From positions 3,906,001 through 3,970,000 of the forward strand of contig JAYWIR010000015.1 in NCBI GenBank assembly GCA_036172245.1: a stretch of 64,000 nucleotides of DNA, given 5' to 3'. Positions 26,801 to 38,100 of this stretch are shown here, piece after piece. The position numbers were made by a program, and so were the translations under genes. Under the pieces are notes generated by a model. The model saw nothing but the letters and a program-made list of their open reading frames with translations. It was not told the DNA's origin and searched no databases. Each line of letters begins with the position of its first letter. The stretch's first letter is position 1. The DNA comes from Raillietiella orientalis. Lineage: Eukaryota.

Positions 26801-29129
26801 TTCCTTCGTTGATTCACTCGATGACTGCTTTGGCTTCCGCAGTTCATCATACACATTACCATTCTAAAAGTACATATATGCCTGTGCGCGCGTGCATACA
26901 TATATGCATATACATATGTATATTTATTCATACACAAGTGCACTCTGAACCAACAGTAAATTGAAACCTTTGCAGATGAAAATGCTAACAGTAATTTTGT
27001 GTGACATTTAGAAGATAGCATTATGAATGAGACTTAAAATATATCTCATACCGATATAAGTTAATCATTCGAGAGAAAATATCGCACATGTTTTCATTTG
27101 AGAAACTCTCACGAATAATAGGACCGCGCTTATTTAAGTGAAAAGATTACCTGTCTTCTTTGAAAGCCGATCTGGCAACTTAACTCTTCTGACAGCTGTG
27201 GTCCTATGGATTTCGGCTTGGAAGATTTATTATGCAGGGAGCTGTAGGTATTTAATTCTTTGACCTGATTTTTATACTCTCCCAGTATTGTGTCATAAGC
27301 GTGGCTGTTCTGCAATAAAATGGTAACTGAACATCGAAGGCGAAATCCTACCTGAGTATCGACGTCTTCGCTTCTAACTGTTCTGTTATCCGAGTTGTCG
27401 GTGTCATTGGCAACAGACATTGATAATTCCTGTTCTTCGTAGGATTTTACTCTTCTGTTAATGACAAGAGCATAGTCACTGCTTTGCACACACGCATTAG
27501 CCAAGCTTACTGGTCTATCCATAGGGGATTTTCCGTAGTAGTTGGATTTTCTGAAACATCACGTTTGACGATCTCCCTCTTGACCTTTAACCCTGTATTT
27601 ACACTGAAACGAGAGGAAGGCTTCTTATGCAGGTTTGTCTTATTAAGCCGACTGACCTGTGCTTCATACAACAACATACGACAACTGTTAAAAGGGCTCC
27701 CACAACTAGGAGCAGGAACACGGATATAAGGACGATCCCATTGGGCGAAATCTTGGTTTCTATGCTTTGTTCCTGAGCTGCCTAAATTTCGGGATCCAGT
27801 CTAATGAGTGTAGGGATGCAGTTTCCCGTGCACGACTCACAGAAACTTTGCTGATTCTTCCCGCCACGTTTTCCAATAAGGCATCGTGGCGGCTTTGAAA
27901 AAAGTTCTGCAACTCACGAGAATTCAAAATGCGTAAGGCCTGCTCGTCGACTCCTATTGCTAGAACAGTGAACCTGAAGTCAAAAATGACACAAGTCTCA
28001 GTGGAACTGTAATGCAATAAAGTTGTACAGCTCTCAGTCACAGCGTTTAGCTCCAAGAAAGGAGAAACCACAGAACAACACACACACACGAGCACTGATC
28101 AAAATTCCCTTTTGATATTCAGTTTAATATGAATGCAAAACAGTAGAAGATGAAAACAGAATCATACGTTTTTGAAACTGCTGAATGTACAGTGCTAATT
28201 GTGAATTGTACGGAATGCAGTTTACCAATGCATTCTGGTATACAAACGCTTATGCGAAGCACGCAAATTCAATTGCCAACAGGCACTGGCCATCAGCTAC
28301 TCAAAATTTGCGCTAATTCATAATAGGGATAATTCAAAGTCCTGCAATTTTCTTGTGCCATGTGTATGAACGATGCTGACGTGTCGCTCAGTGTTGCCCC
28401 CCCCCCCCCCAACCACCATACCAGCCTGACGAGCATCTACTTTCAGTCATGCCATGTTGCGGCGCACGCGTGCTCCCTGCTAATCATCCACCGATCCCAA
28501 CGTGTGCCAACATACACAATGTGAGAAAGGAAAAAAAAAGTCATGCACACCTTCGAAGCACGAGTAGAGCATGGAGTGCGGCGGGAAGAATGAAGCTAGA
28601 CTAGGGGTGTACTTTGAGAGGCGGTGGTGCACAAGGTAGTTGCATCGGGACAGATTTCGAGCTAAATCACAGAGCCGGATGCGATCCTTGCTCGTGGAGA
28701 GGAATCCGTAAAACAGGGATATCGGCCCACTTCGGGATCGACCTGCCAATCTGGCACAAACCAACCTATAAATAGCGTCGGGTCACACACACGAATAGAA
28801 CGCTCTGTGTGCCCTTCTAGGCGAAAGCAGAGGCAGGGTCGACTCGGGACGCGGTACTGAGTTCTACCAACCCAGATTCCACCCAGAAAAGGGAAAATGT
28901 GTCCGGGAAGCGTGAGTCGAGTGCGCGTCGGAATCTGCCGGGTCGCCTTCGGCGGAGGAATGCACGTGGTGCTCGCCTCGGGCTCTCGACAACGAACCCT
29001 CTGCCCAAGGTCGGAGAAGCACGCCCTCGTCTTCACCGCTCCTGGAGGGCTCGAGCGGTTGCAGTTCCAGAGGTGTGCATGGTTCTCCCGCTCCTGGGAT
29101 GCGGCAGGCTCCCACCCTCCCCAGCTGCT

Positions 29130-32100
29130 TTACCCGTGCGCTTTGCCCGTATCCTCCACTTTCCGGTGAAGATGCTGTGCGTCTGTCGCAATGATCCTGA
29201 CGCCGAGTGCCTTGGATGCGTTCTTGAGGAAGCCGTGCAGGTCGTCTGGCTCGCTTGCAAGAGTCAGCTTCACGCGCTGCTCCGGTTCGAACACCCAGAC
29301 CTTCAATTGGTGGTCACCTCAGATGGTGTTCTCGGCGTAGCGAGGGAAAGGAGACGAGGAGGGAGAAGAGGAAGAAGAAGCTTACGTGGACGTAGGCCGA
29401 GGAGTGCCGGCTCGGCGGCGCTCTTTCCGTGGCCATGACCTCCAGCACGAATCTCTCGTTCCTGTACGTCCGCATCGGTTGCACGGTCACGATGGTACCT
29501 TCCGGGTCCACGGAGAAGGGAGAAGGGATGATGGATCCGGAGGTGTCGTTGGACCCTTTCCGAAACAGATAGGAGGCCCTGATCAGGAAGTCGACTTCGC
29601 CGTTAGCTTCCTGGTCGGCGTCGACGGCGTGGACGCGTGTCAGCTTCTTGCCCTTTGGCTCCAGGAAGGAGACCGCTGCGTAGTAAGCCTGCTCTTCGAA
29701 CTCGGGCACGTTGTCGTTGGTGTCCTGCACGTTGATGATTACGCGCACGGTCGAAGAAGCGTTGCTGGATCTGGAGATCTGGAATGCAGAATCCAGGTCG
29801 TTTCATGCTTCCTCTCCCCCCATGCTTTCGAAGACCAGCTCGGGGAAAACCTAAAAGACGTTCGCTGCACCTCAAGCGCCCGAGGTCCAGGAGGAGGCCG
29901 AGGAGGCGTTGAAAGGGGGGTAAGGGTAAAGGAGTAGAGAAGAGGAGGAACTGTGAGTTCCAAAGAGGCGATCCACAGTGGCCCACGTGGACCTGCCTTA
30001 AGGAGTCGAGTCGTTCGGTCACTTTTCACACCGGCATCGAAGAAGCGCGCTTTTCGCCGGTGCCTCCAGAAGAAGCACATAGCATGCAGACTTGGTGACC
30101 AGAAGTCGATCAATGGACATTCCCACTCTCGGGAGCAGTCTCAGTTTCGTCTTCAAGGGGAAGATCTGGTACTCCATGCCACCATCTCGAGGACGGATGC
30201 TCGATGAAAACATCGATCTGCGTAGCAACGCACTTCCGTGTCCCGAGGGGTACGCTTCAAAGCGTGTGCGTCGACAACGACTTTTTGTACTTTTTTTCCC
30301 CAGAGTCCATCGACGTACTTGCCTACCAGTCTGCACCAAATGCAGTCTCTTACGGGGGTGGTGGCCATCTCTCCGAGTTTCTCGGCTCCCGAAAACGCAT
30401 GGCTTTTCCCAGAAAATGGTGCGCGTCCTGTCCAGCCTAGCAGCTTCCGTGCATCCTCAAGAAAAATTCATTTCAGCCCTGCTGCCCTTCTCGCTTGTGA
30501 TTTTCTTCGCCTAACACGATCGCCGGGCACTTATAGAGTTCCGGTTGTCGGTGTGAACCAACGAAACAGCCCTCAACGCCAAATGGCAAGGCAAACTCCT
30601 GTATCCTGGACAAGAGCTGCAGTAGTGATCTTCCTGATCGGCTGAAGGATCAGTTCAGTATCGCACGAAGGTGCTTGCTGGAGTCCTTCCATCAGTCTTC
30701 AGTGACCCTCCAATTAGCCAGCTTTCGCCCCACAATTCCATCTTACAAAGACTGCTTTTGTGCCCTCTGCCCTCGAGGCATAAACAACGAAAGGAACGAC
30801 ACTGAGTTCGAGGTGGCTGATCTGCGGTCTGCAAGTGGTCTCTCCCCGTTTTCGAAAAGCGTGCCCCAGATTCCCTTCCATTTTCTGAACAAGGAAAAAG
30901 GGTGACGATGGGGAATTCCAAGTGATGGTGGGTGCTCCCTTCAAAGACTGACCTACATGGTTGGGAGGGCGCCAACAAGGTGCTGCGCACAATAAGGTAC
31001 AATTAGGCGTTCCGGTGAGCACCAGGCACTCTTGAGAGACACTCGATAATCGTTCGAGAAGAATCGGATATGCCGTCCAAGGTTTGTCTCTGGTGAACCC
31101 GGAAACCCGAGACAAACTGTCTTCACAACGGGATGACGAGGAGTGAACTTATCTTACAGCTTCTTCGGGACTTCGAACCAGATCTCTTTCCGGGAAACTG
31201 CTCCGGTGAGTATCTTGTATCTCCACGGTATCTTGCCATCCAAGAAGAGCGCCTCCTCGAGGTCTGTCCGTCAAGACTGCCTGGACATGTGCAGAAGCTC
31301 CATCCGCCGAGATCATCCCGAGAGAGGCTCGGACACGTCATCGGCTCTCGACTAACCTTCGCATTAGGTCCGGCTCGTGGAACGGCGCACTTTCCTCAGG
31401 AAGGATGCTGAGATCTTCCGTTTCCATGGCGTCTGACCAAGCACGCTATCCGCCTGCTGGAAGCGGAGCAGAACCAAACGGGAAGAGGCTGTTTGCTTTT
31501 GCCTTCATTCCTTATCTGATGGATTGGATCAAAGATATTACGTAACGGGGTGGGTCTGAGGGTTTCTATGGATGCGGCAAGGGCGACTTTAGGGTTCAGA
31601 GCCTCTGCCTCACGAATCTTCCCTATGGCAAGCCACCTTTTAAGTCTCTTGATTAATCTTTTTGAATGATGCTTCTCTGTTGGTTGGATTCAGGTTCCTT
31701 CGCGTAATCGTCATGGCTATCCTACCGAGTCGCAGATGACACAAATGACACACGTTCCGGGGAATTCCGAATCAAAGATATTCATCTGCCTAAGTCACAG
31801 ATAATGGACGTGCGTCTTGCCTCGCCCGAGCACGTTTTACGTCGTTTTTCAACCCGACGAAGCGAAACCTGGCACCTCTTTGCTTATACCTCCTTATCTT
31901 AGGTGATATGTGGGAGTACAGAATACATAACCTCACAATCCTAGTGCCTTCCTCGTTCACCTTCGAATAGTCCTTGCCGTTTTGATCTTACTCTTCCTGT
32001 GTTATAGAATTTTATGCACTTGTGAATGTTGCACGCATTTGTGGCATTCACAAATTAAAGCACATCTGCATTTCTTTTCCGAAGATATAAATGGCAAGCG

Positions 32101-35100
32101 TAATACAAATACATTGCACTGATAGCTTAACTTAATCCATTTCTCTCGTCTCCCTCCTTTTTTTCTTCTTTTTCCCCAGTTGACGATGTACCAGACGGTC
32201 ATGTGCAGAGATGACGTAATCCTTGTGGCATGCTGTTTTTAATATGTGCTTCATGTGCATAAATTAAATCGTATGAAACATCGCGTACGGCGCGTACACT
32301 AGCGAAAATTCAGCTCATTCCTTTCGGGGACACTTGCGCCGTCGCGGTGGCTCCATTGGAGGATTCGTCGTCCCGTCCATTCGTCCCGTGGGCAGCGTCA
32401 CCCCGTGGTGCAGCTTCGCGGATGACAGGCAGCCGCCGTCCCGTTGGAAAGGGGAGCCTGTGGAGTGCGTCAGAGACCGCGTCGTCCGTCCTCCCCCGCT
32501 CCCAGACGCCGAGAAAACCTGAGTCTCTGATCCGCGCGGGTCACCCGCGCCGGAAAGGAGGACAGTTCCTGGCAGGCTCGAAAGGTCACGCGCCTCGTGG
32601 CTGCCTCGGCTGCGTGCTGCGAACGGAACGCGCAGCTGCACCGGAGAAATCCGATGGGGGGTCGTCGGTGGATGCAGTTGTTTCTCGCGAGATGCAGCCG
32701 CTCTGGTTCGCCACGTGAGCCGCACCGCGGGTTCTCGTGTTCGTGTCTTTCGCCACCTCGTTTCCGCGAGACCCTCGAAGACGAAACCCCAGCGGGGTGA
32801 AGAGCTACTCCTTCCTCCCCTCATTCTCCAGCATCCGGGCGGGTGCGAACTTCAGGGAACCTGAGCCCGCCGTTCCTCTCGTACGCGGGGGCGCGTCGTC
32901 GTGCGCATGCGCGGAAGGCGTCCCGGCACTTCCAGCACCCTCTCACGCGCGACGTCCCCTCCCCTGTCTCAGTCCGGGTTGCGCCCGAGACTCGCTGGCT
33001 TCCCCCTGTTTACTTCGTTCCGTCCTATTTGCGGTCTTTTGAAGTTCGCCGGTGACACCGCGATCGCACCGTGGACGCGTGCGGCTCGTGACGCGGCCAG
33101 CAGCAGATCCGCGAGCTGCGTTGAGCGGGCGCAACAGAAGGCAGCCTCCTGATACGCCAGGATGGATCTCCATTCCACCCTCCACCCTTGGTTGCGCGGT
33201 CATGGAGTCTCTCTGGCTGGAGGTCCGGGTTTTCCTGCTGTCCCGGAGGGAGAGCGTCTTCGTAGGAGCAGCCACGTAGAGAGAGCCCTGGGAGGAGTCC
33301 GACCGCATAGGGCCAGCAGGTCGTGAGAGCGCAGCCAACCACGGGGAAAACCCTGGAGGGTCCTCGCGGGTGGTCTGCTGCTCAGATCGACGGCCGGGTG
33401 GCGGCGCTCCCGCCCTTGGCGCCTGCAACGCCTCGAGCAGGCGGTCGCTCTTACAGAGAAAACAGGGAACGCGTGCAAGGTGCATTCTTTTCCTCTTGTT
33501 CCTCCCCTCCCCTCCCCCGTCTTCCAGATCTTCGCAAGCGGAAACCGCGCATCCTGTGACCCGGCACGGATTAATTTTCTGCACAGCTGCACCTTGCTGC
33601 TTCCTCTGCGGAGGGTCTGCCTTCGAGCGGGAGAGCCTTCGGGAATTCCTCCCGTCCGTCCGCGCGGCCACGGAAAGCATCTTCTTCCGGGGAGCCTTGA
33701 CGTCAGTGCTGGCGTCAGAGCCTGACGTTAGTTGCTCGGTAACGCACTACTGACGTCATGGGCAGGTGGTTGCCGTGCTGACGCGGCAAGGCCGAGACGC
33801 ACAAGTCGCACGAATAAAAAAAAAACGAGCGCAAACGGAATGAGTTGGCAGAGAGGGGAGGAGCGAGCGTTGGGGATTCGAGCGGCTCACGTGACTGGTG
33901 GAGGAAAAAAACGGAAACGCTGGCCGGAAGATCTCAGCGGAGAGGCCGGAAAGAGACCGCCCACGGGCTGCCCGTAAAGCAATGCCCGACTGATGCGCTC
34001 CCTGTGGACTAGGGAACGCGCAAGCGAGGCCGTCAGACCTGACCCTTCTCGGAAGGGTCGCCAATGGGCAGTTGCACGCCGGACTCCGCTCGAACTTTCA
34101 CTGTTGACCTTGCCGCTAGAAGGAAGGGACTGCAGACGGTCCGCGGAGTGACTCAAGTTCTGCCGCTGTCGCGTGCTCTCGATAAACGAGCACAGAGGGA
34201 GAAGAGGAGGAGGAGGGGGAATGCGGGTGGTCGCCGTGATCCGGGAGTTGCTGTTGAGTCCAGCACGCAACGTCTCGCGCATGTGGCTCCACTCACCTGG
34301 ACGGGGTCGTCCTCTCCGTTGGACGCGCCCACCACGAGTTCGTAGCGGCTGACGCCCTCGTAATCCAGACGCGTTGTCGTCTTCACCTCCCCGGTCAGTT
34401 CGTTGACTTCGAAAGGGCTGCCGACTCCCCGGGGTGATAGTAGATGGTACACAACCTTCCCGTTTTCCTCCTGGTCCGGGTCGCTAGCTCGCACCCTCCC
34501 TGTGATAAAAGATTAAAAAAAAAAAAAAAAAAGTTAAGGGCACATCAAAGAGTGGTCTCTCAAGCGTCTTTCGGGCGAGGGAGGGTCGTGCGTGGGGAGG
34601 GGGCAAGGTGGGGAAGCAATAGGAGAACGACGTGCGCACGCGCGCGGGCAATTGGCTATCACCTGCGCGGAGGAAACACGCGAGGATGCAAAAGAGCTGC
34701 CGGAGGACCATGCCGAGCGCGGGCGGTCAAGACGCGCACTTTGCAGCTTCCCCAAGTGACGCGGCGGCCAGACGGCAGGTGCCGCCATCGCTGCACGTGA
34801 CCGTCCGGCGCGTCGTCAATTGGGGAAAGAGAAAGAGGGAGGAGAGGTAGCTTCGAGGAAGGATCGGAAGGAACAAGGAAAGTGATGGTGCTTTTTTTTT
34901 TTTTGCAGTGATCAGTTCCACGTGGCGTGCTCCGCTTGCAGGAATGCTCGGGAAGGAAGGGGAGGGGGGATCAAGCAGGTCACGAAATTGAATCGTGCAG
35001 AGCAACGTGCTCCCCCCCTCTTTTTTTTTTTTGCAGGAGGCTCACGAGCGCCCGGAGCGTGCAGGAAGCTGCGAGAAGAGAGAGGATGCTGCTATGTCTC

Positions 35101-38100
35101 GCCGTCCCCTCTTCCGGTTTCTATGGTCAACTCCATCCAGCCCCGTGGGGAGGCATCACCTCTCTCAGCCACCCGTGCAAGACTCAGGGGTTTCACGGGG
35201 GATAAGGGATCTTGCACTCCTCGTGGTGCGCGGACGCAGAGGTGGGAGCGACAGGCCTCTCGTTCTTTGCGCGCCCTCCGCGTGGGTGCGGGGGAGAGAC
35301 AGGATGAGGCGAACGAGGGCAGGGGAGGATTCACAGGTGGAGCAAGGGGGTCAGTTCGGCTCCCCAGACGACGGGTGGGCTCCACATGGCACTCAAAAGG
35401 CGCTCCTGCAGCGGCGTGCCCCGGGAGACTACCGCAGTAACTCTACGCTTCAGGAAGCTCTTCGTGCGCGAACCGCGCGGTGAGGGATTGCCACAGGAGA
35501 CGGCCAGTATCGACTCGGGAGACCACAAGAGACACCGTTAAGCGCCGCCTGGGGCTTTGCTGGTGTCAAAAAGGAAACCAGCCCACTGCCGCCCCGTTTT
35601 CTTCGGGAGGTGAGGGCTCTCAGCCCCCCTGTGGCTTCCAGATACGTCTCCGACTCTGACCCCATCCCGAAGCTGCTCTCTTTGCAGTCTCCAAGGGGTG
35701 ATAAGGATGAAAGAATTCCGAAGGAGCCGCTAGTCCCCACCCTGAACCCCCGTCCATTCACGCACCCCACTCTTTCCGATAGAGGTTATGACGAATCAAA
35801 GCCTTTCGCTCTTACCTACGATGTGGCCCACGGGCACGTCCTCTGGCACGGAGAACTCGTAGGGTAAGGGGACACGTCCATTTCCCGGGGCAAATTCCGG
35901 ATAGTTGTCGTTCACGTCCGTCACCCTGATAGTGACCGGGGCTAGGGTCTCGTGGGAGGTCAACTCTCCCATATCGCGCACCATCAGGATGTGCTGCAAC
36001 AGAAAAGGGTCATCGGAAGCGCTACGGGAAAGGAGGACAGTCCAGAGAAAAAGGGGAAAGCGGAAAGGCCTGCCGCGGAGGATTTGGACGTCTGAGACGC
36101 CTAGAAGCCAGGCCGTCTCCCGGGAGTGGATTCCGAGATTCCTGCACCTGAGTTCATCTCCTGAAGCATCCGCGAGGGCGACCGCGCGAGCGAAGCCACG
36201 TCATTCTCTCCCCGTTCAGTTGCGTGGGAAACGCGACCCCTTCGATTCCTTTCGGGATGAGAGTCCCTCATTGTCTAAGCAACGTTGATTCCGTTCGCTT
36301 TGGGGAAACCGCATCCCCGGAGGGGGCAGTTTCCTTGGTTCGTGGGCCCTTGAGGATATATGGATCGCGAAAACCCATGCTCACCGCACCCGTCTCAGAG
36401 GCTGCGTGTTCCACGATCCCTGCACCCTTCCTCTTCCTATTTACTTCCCACTTCTAGCGCTCGTTTCCTTCTCTTTCCAGGCGCTCGCGAAAGATGGGGG
36501 TCCCTCTCCCTGAGAACGCTACTCGTCCAGAGGTTGAGGTCGGGAACAGGACGCTCCGGCCGGGAGAGCGACTCCCGGAAACTTTAAGTTGGCTGCGTTC
36601 CCTTCGAACCGTCCCCCCTTCCCCCGACCCTGGATGTGATGACGAAGAGGGAAGGAGGATGACTTCATTTCCCTTCCCTTTGGTCGTGTACGGGAGCGAG
36701 CAGCACCGGAACAGGAGAGATGCGACACCACGAGGGACCCCAGCACACTCTTCAGGGACGCTTTACCCGAAGGGTTCGTGCAGGAATCCCGGGAATTCCG
36801 CTTTGGGAATTCGAAACTCGGCACTACCGATGAAAGGGAGGGGACTTTCCCGCGGCACTACTTAAAGCTCCGTTTGGTGTGACGTGGGGATGTCCCCTCG
36901 AGCGGAGGTCCAAAGGGGAACAATCAACAGGGGAGAAGGTGGCTTCCGCGTACCTGGTACTGGTCCCTCTCCTCTCTGTCCAGATTTCTTCTCAGCCTCA
37001 GTTCCCCAGTGACCTCGTCCAGATCGAAGTGTCCTGCTTCTTGGACGTCGTCCGAGTCAACCCGGAAGGCGTATCTGACCTGTCCGTCGTTGTCCTCAGC
37101 CCTTACAGTATAAACGACGCTGCCAACTGACGCGTTCTGGAAGACCAAAACAAAGTCGGAAGAAGTGGGGAAGGGAGAAGAGAGCGGTCCAGCACCCCGA
37201 CTTATGGTCAAGCGCGGGCCGATGGCCTGTTGTAGGGAGGCATCGAAAGCAGGCTGCAGGAGGGCTCTGCAGGGATCAGGCTACGCCACTGGGGAGTGAG
37301 GGAGGTTGCCAAGGCAACTTTTCCTCGCCCCCTATGTCTCCCAAAGATAAGGCAGGGGCGAGCCGAGGAGCATCTCGGGCATGTACCTCATGACCTTCCT
37401 GAGCTCTATTGCAAATCTCCTTGCTGCAGAAGCACAAGCTGATGTTCTCGAAGAAGGGAAGGAAAGCGAGCAGGATAGTCTGCACTTCCATGACGAAAAG
37501 ATGGAGGACCATGAGCGGCGAAGGTGGGTGACGGGTAATCGAAGCGAGAACGCATGGGAACTCGTTCAAGGTCGTCTTTTCCAGGGACTTTTCCAGGGTC
37601 AACCCAGGAAAAGTCCCTGCTGTCCTCGCTCCCTCTTCCCATCCCAACGGAGGGGGTCTTCATCTAGCCGCCGACGCTGCGGAGTTGGAAACCGACCATC
37701 AGCTTGTGCGCGCACGGGGTGAGCCGTGGTAGCCTTGAGTGGATCAGATGAACTCTGGGGGTCATCGAGAGAGCGGAAAAAGTGCACCGTCACCAAGGGA
37801 GGGGAAGGTGACAAACCCTCATTGAAGAAAGATGCGTCGTTGCTAGGGAGCGCCCCTCGTGGGAGTGGTGCTTGAGGGAGAGGCCGAGACAGCGCATTCG
37901 GAAGGGTGGTCCCGGTGGTCCAGGGCAAAGGGAGAGGTCGCGGGGAGGGACTTGAAGGATGCATCTCCGTGCTCGCAAGGATACATCGCGTGGAGGGAAC
38001 GGTGCGCGTACTTCCAGCTGCTTTCGGACGGGACCTCGTGATCCGTGCGTCTCGCAGGGTCCGTCCTCTTCCTAGGAAAGCCAGCGTGAGCCGGAAGAAG

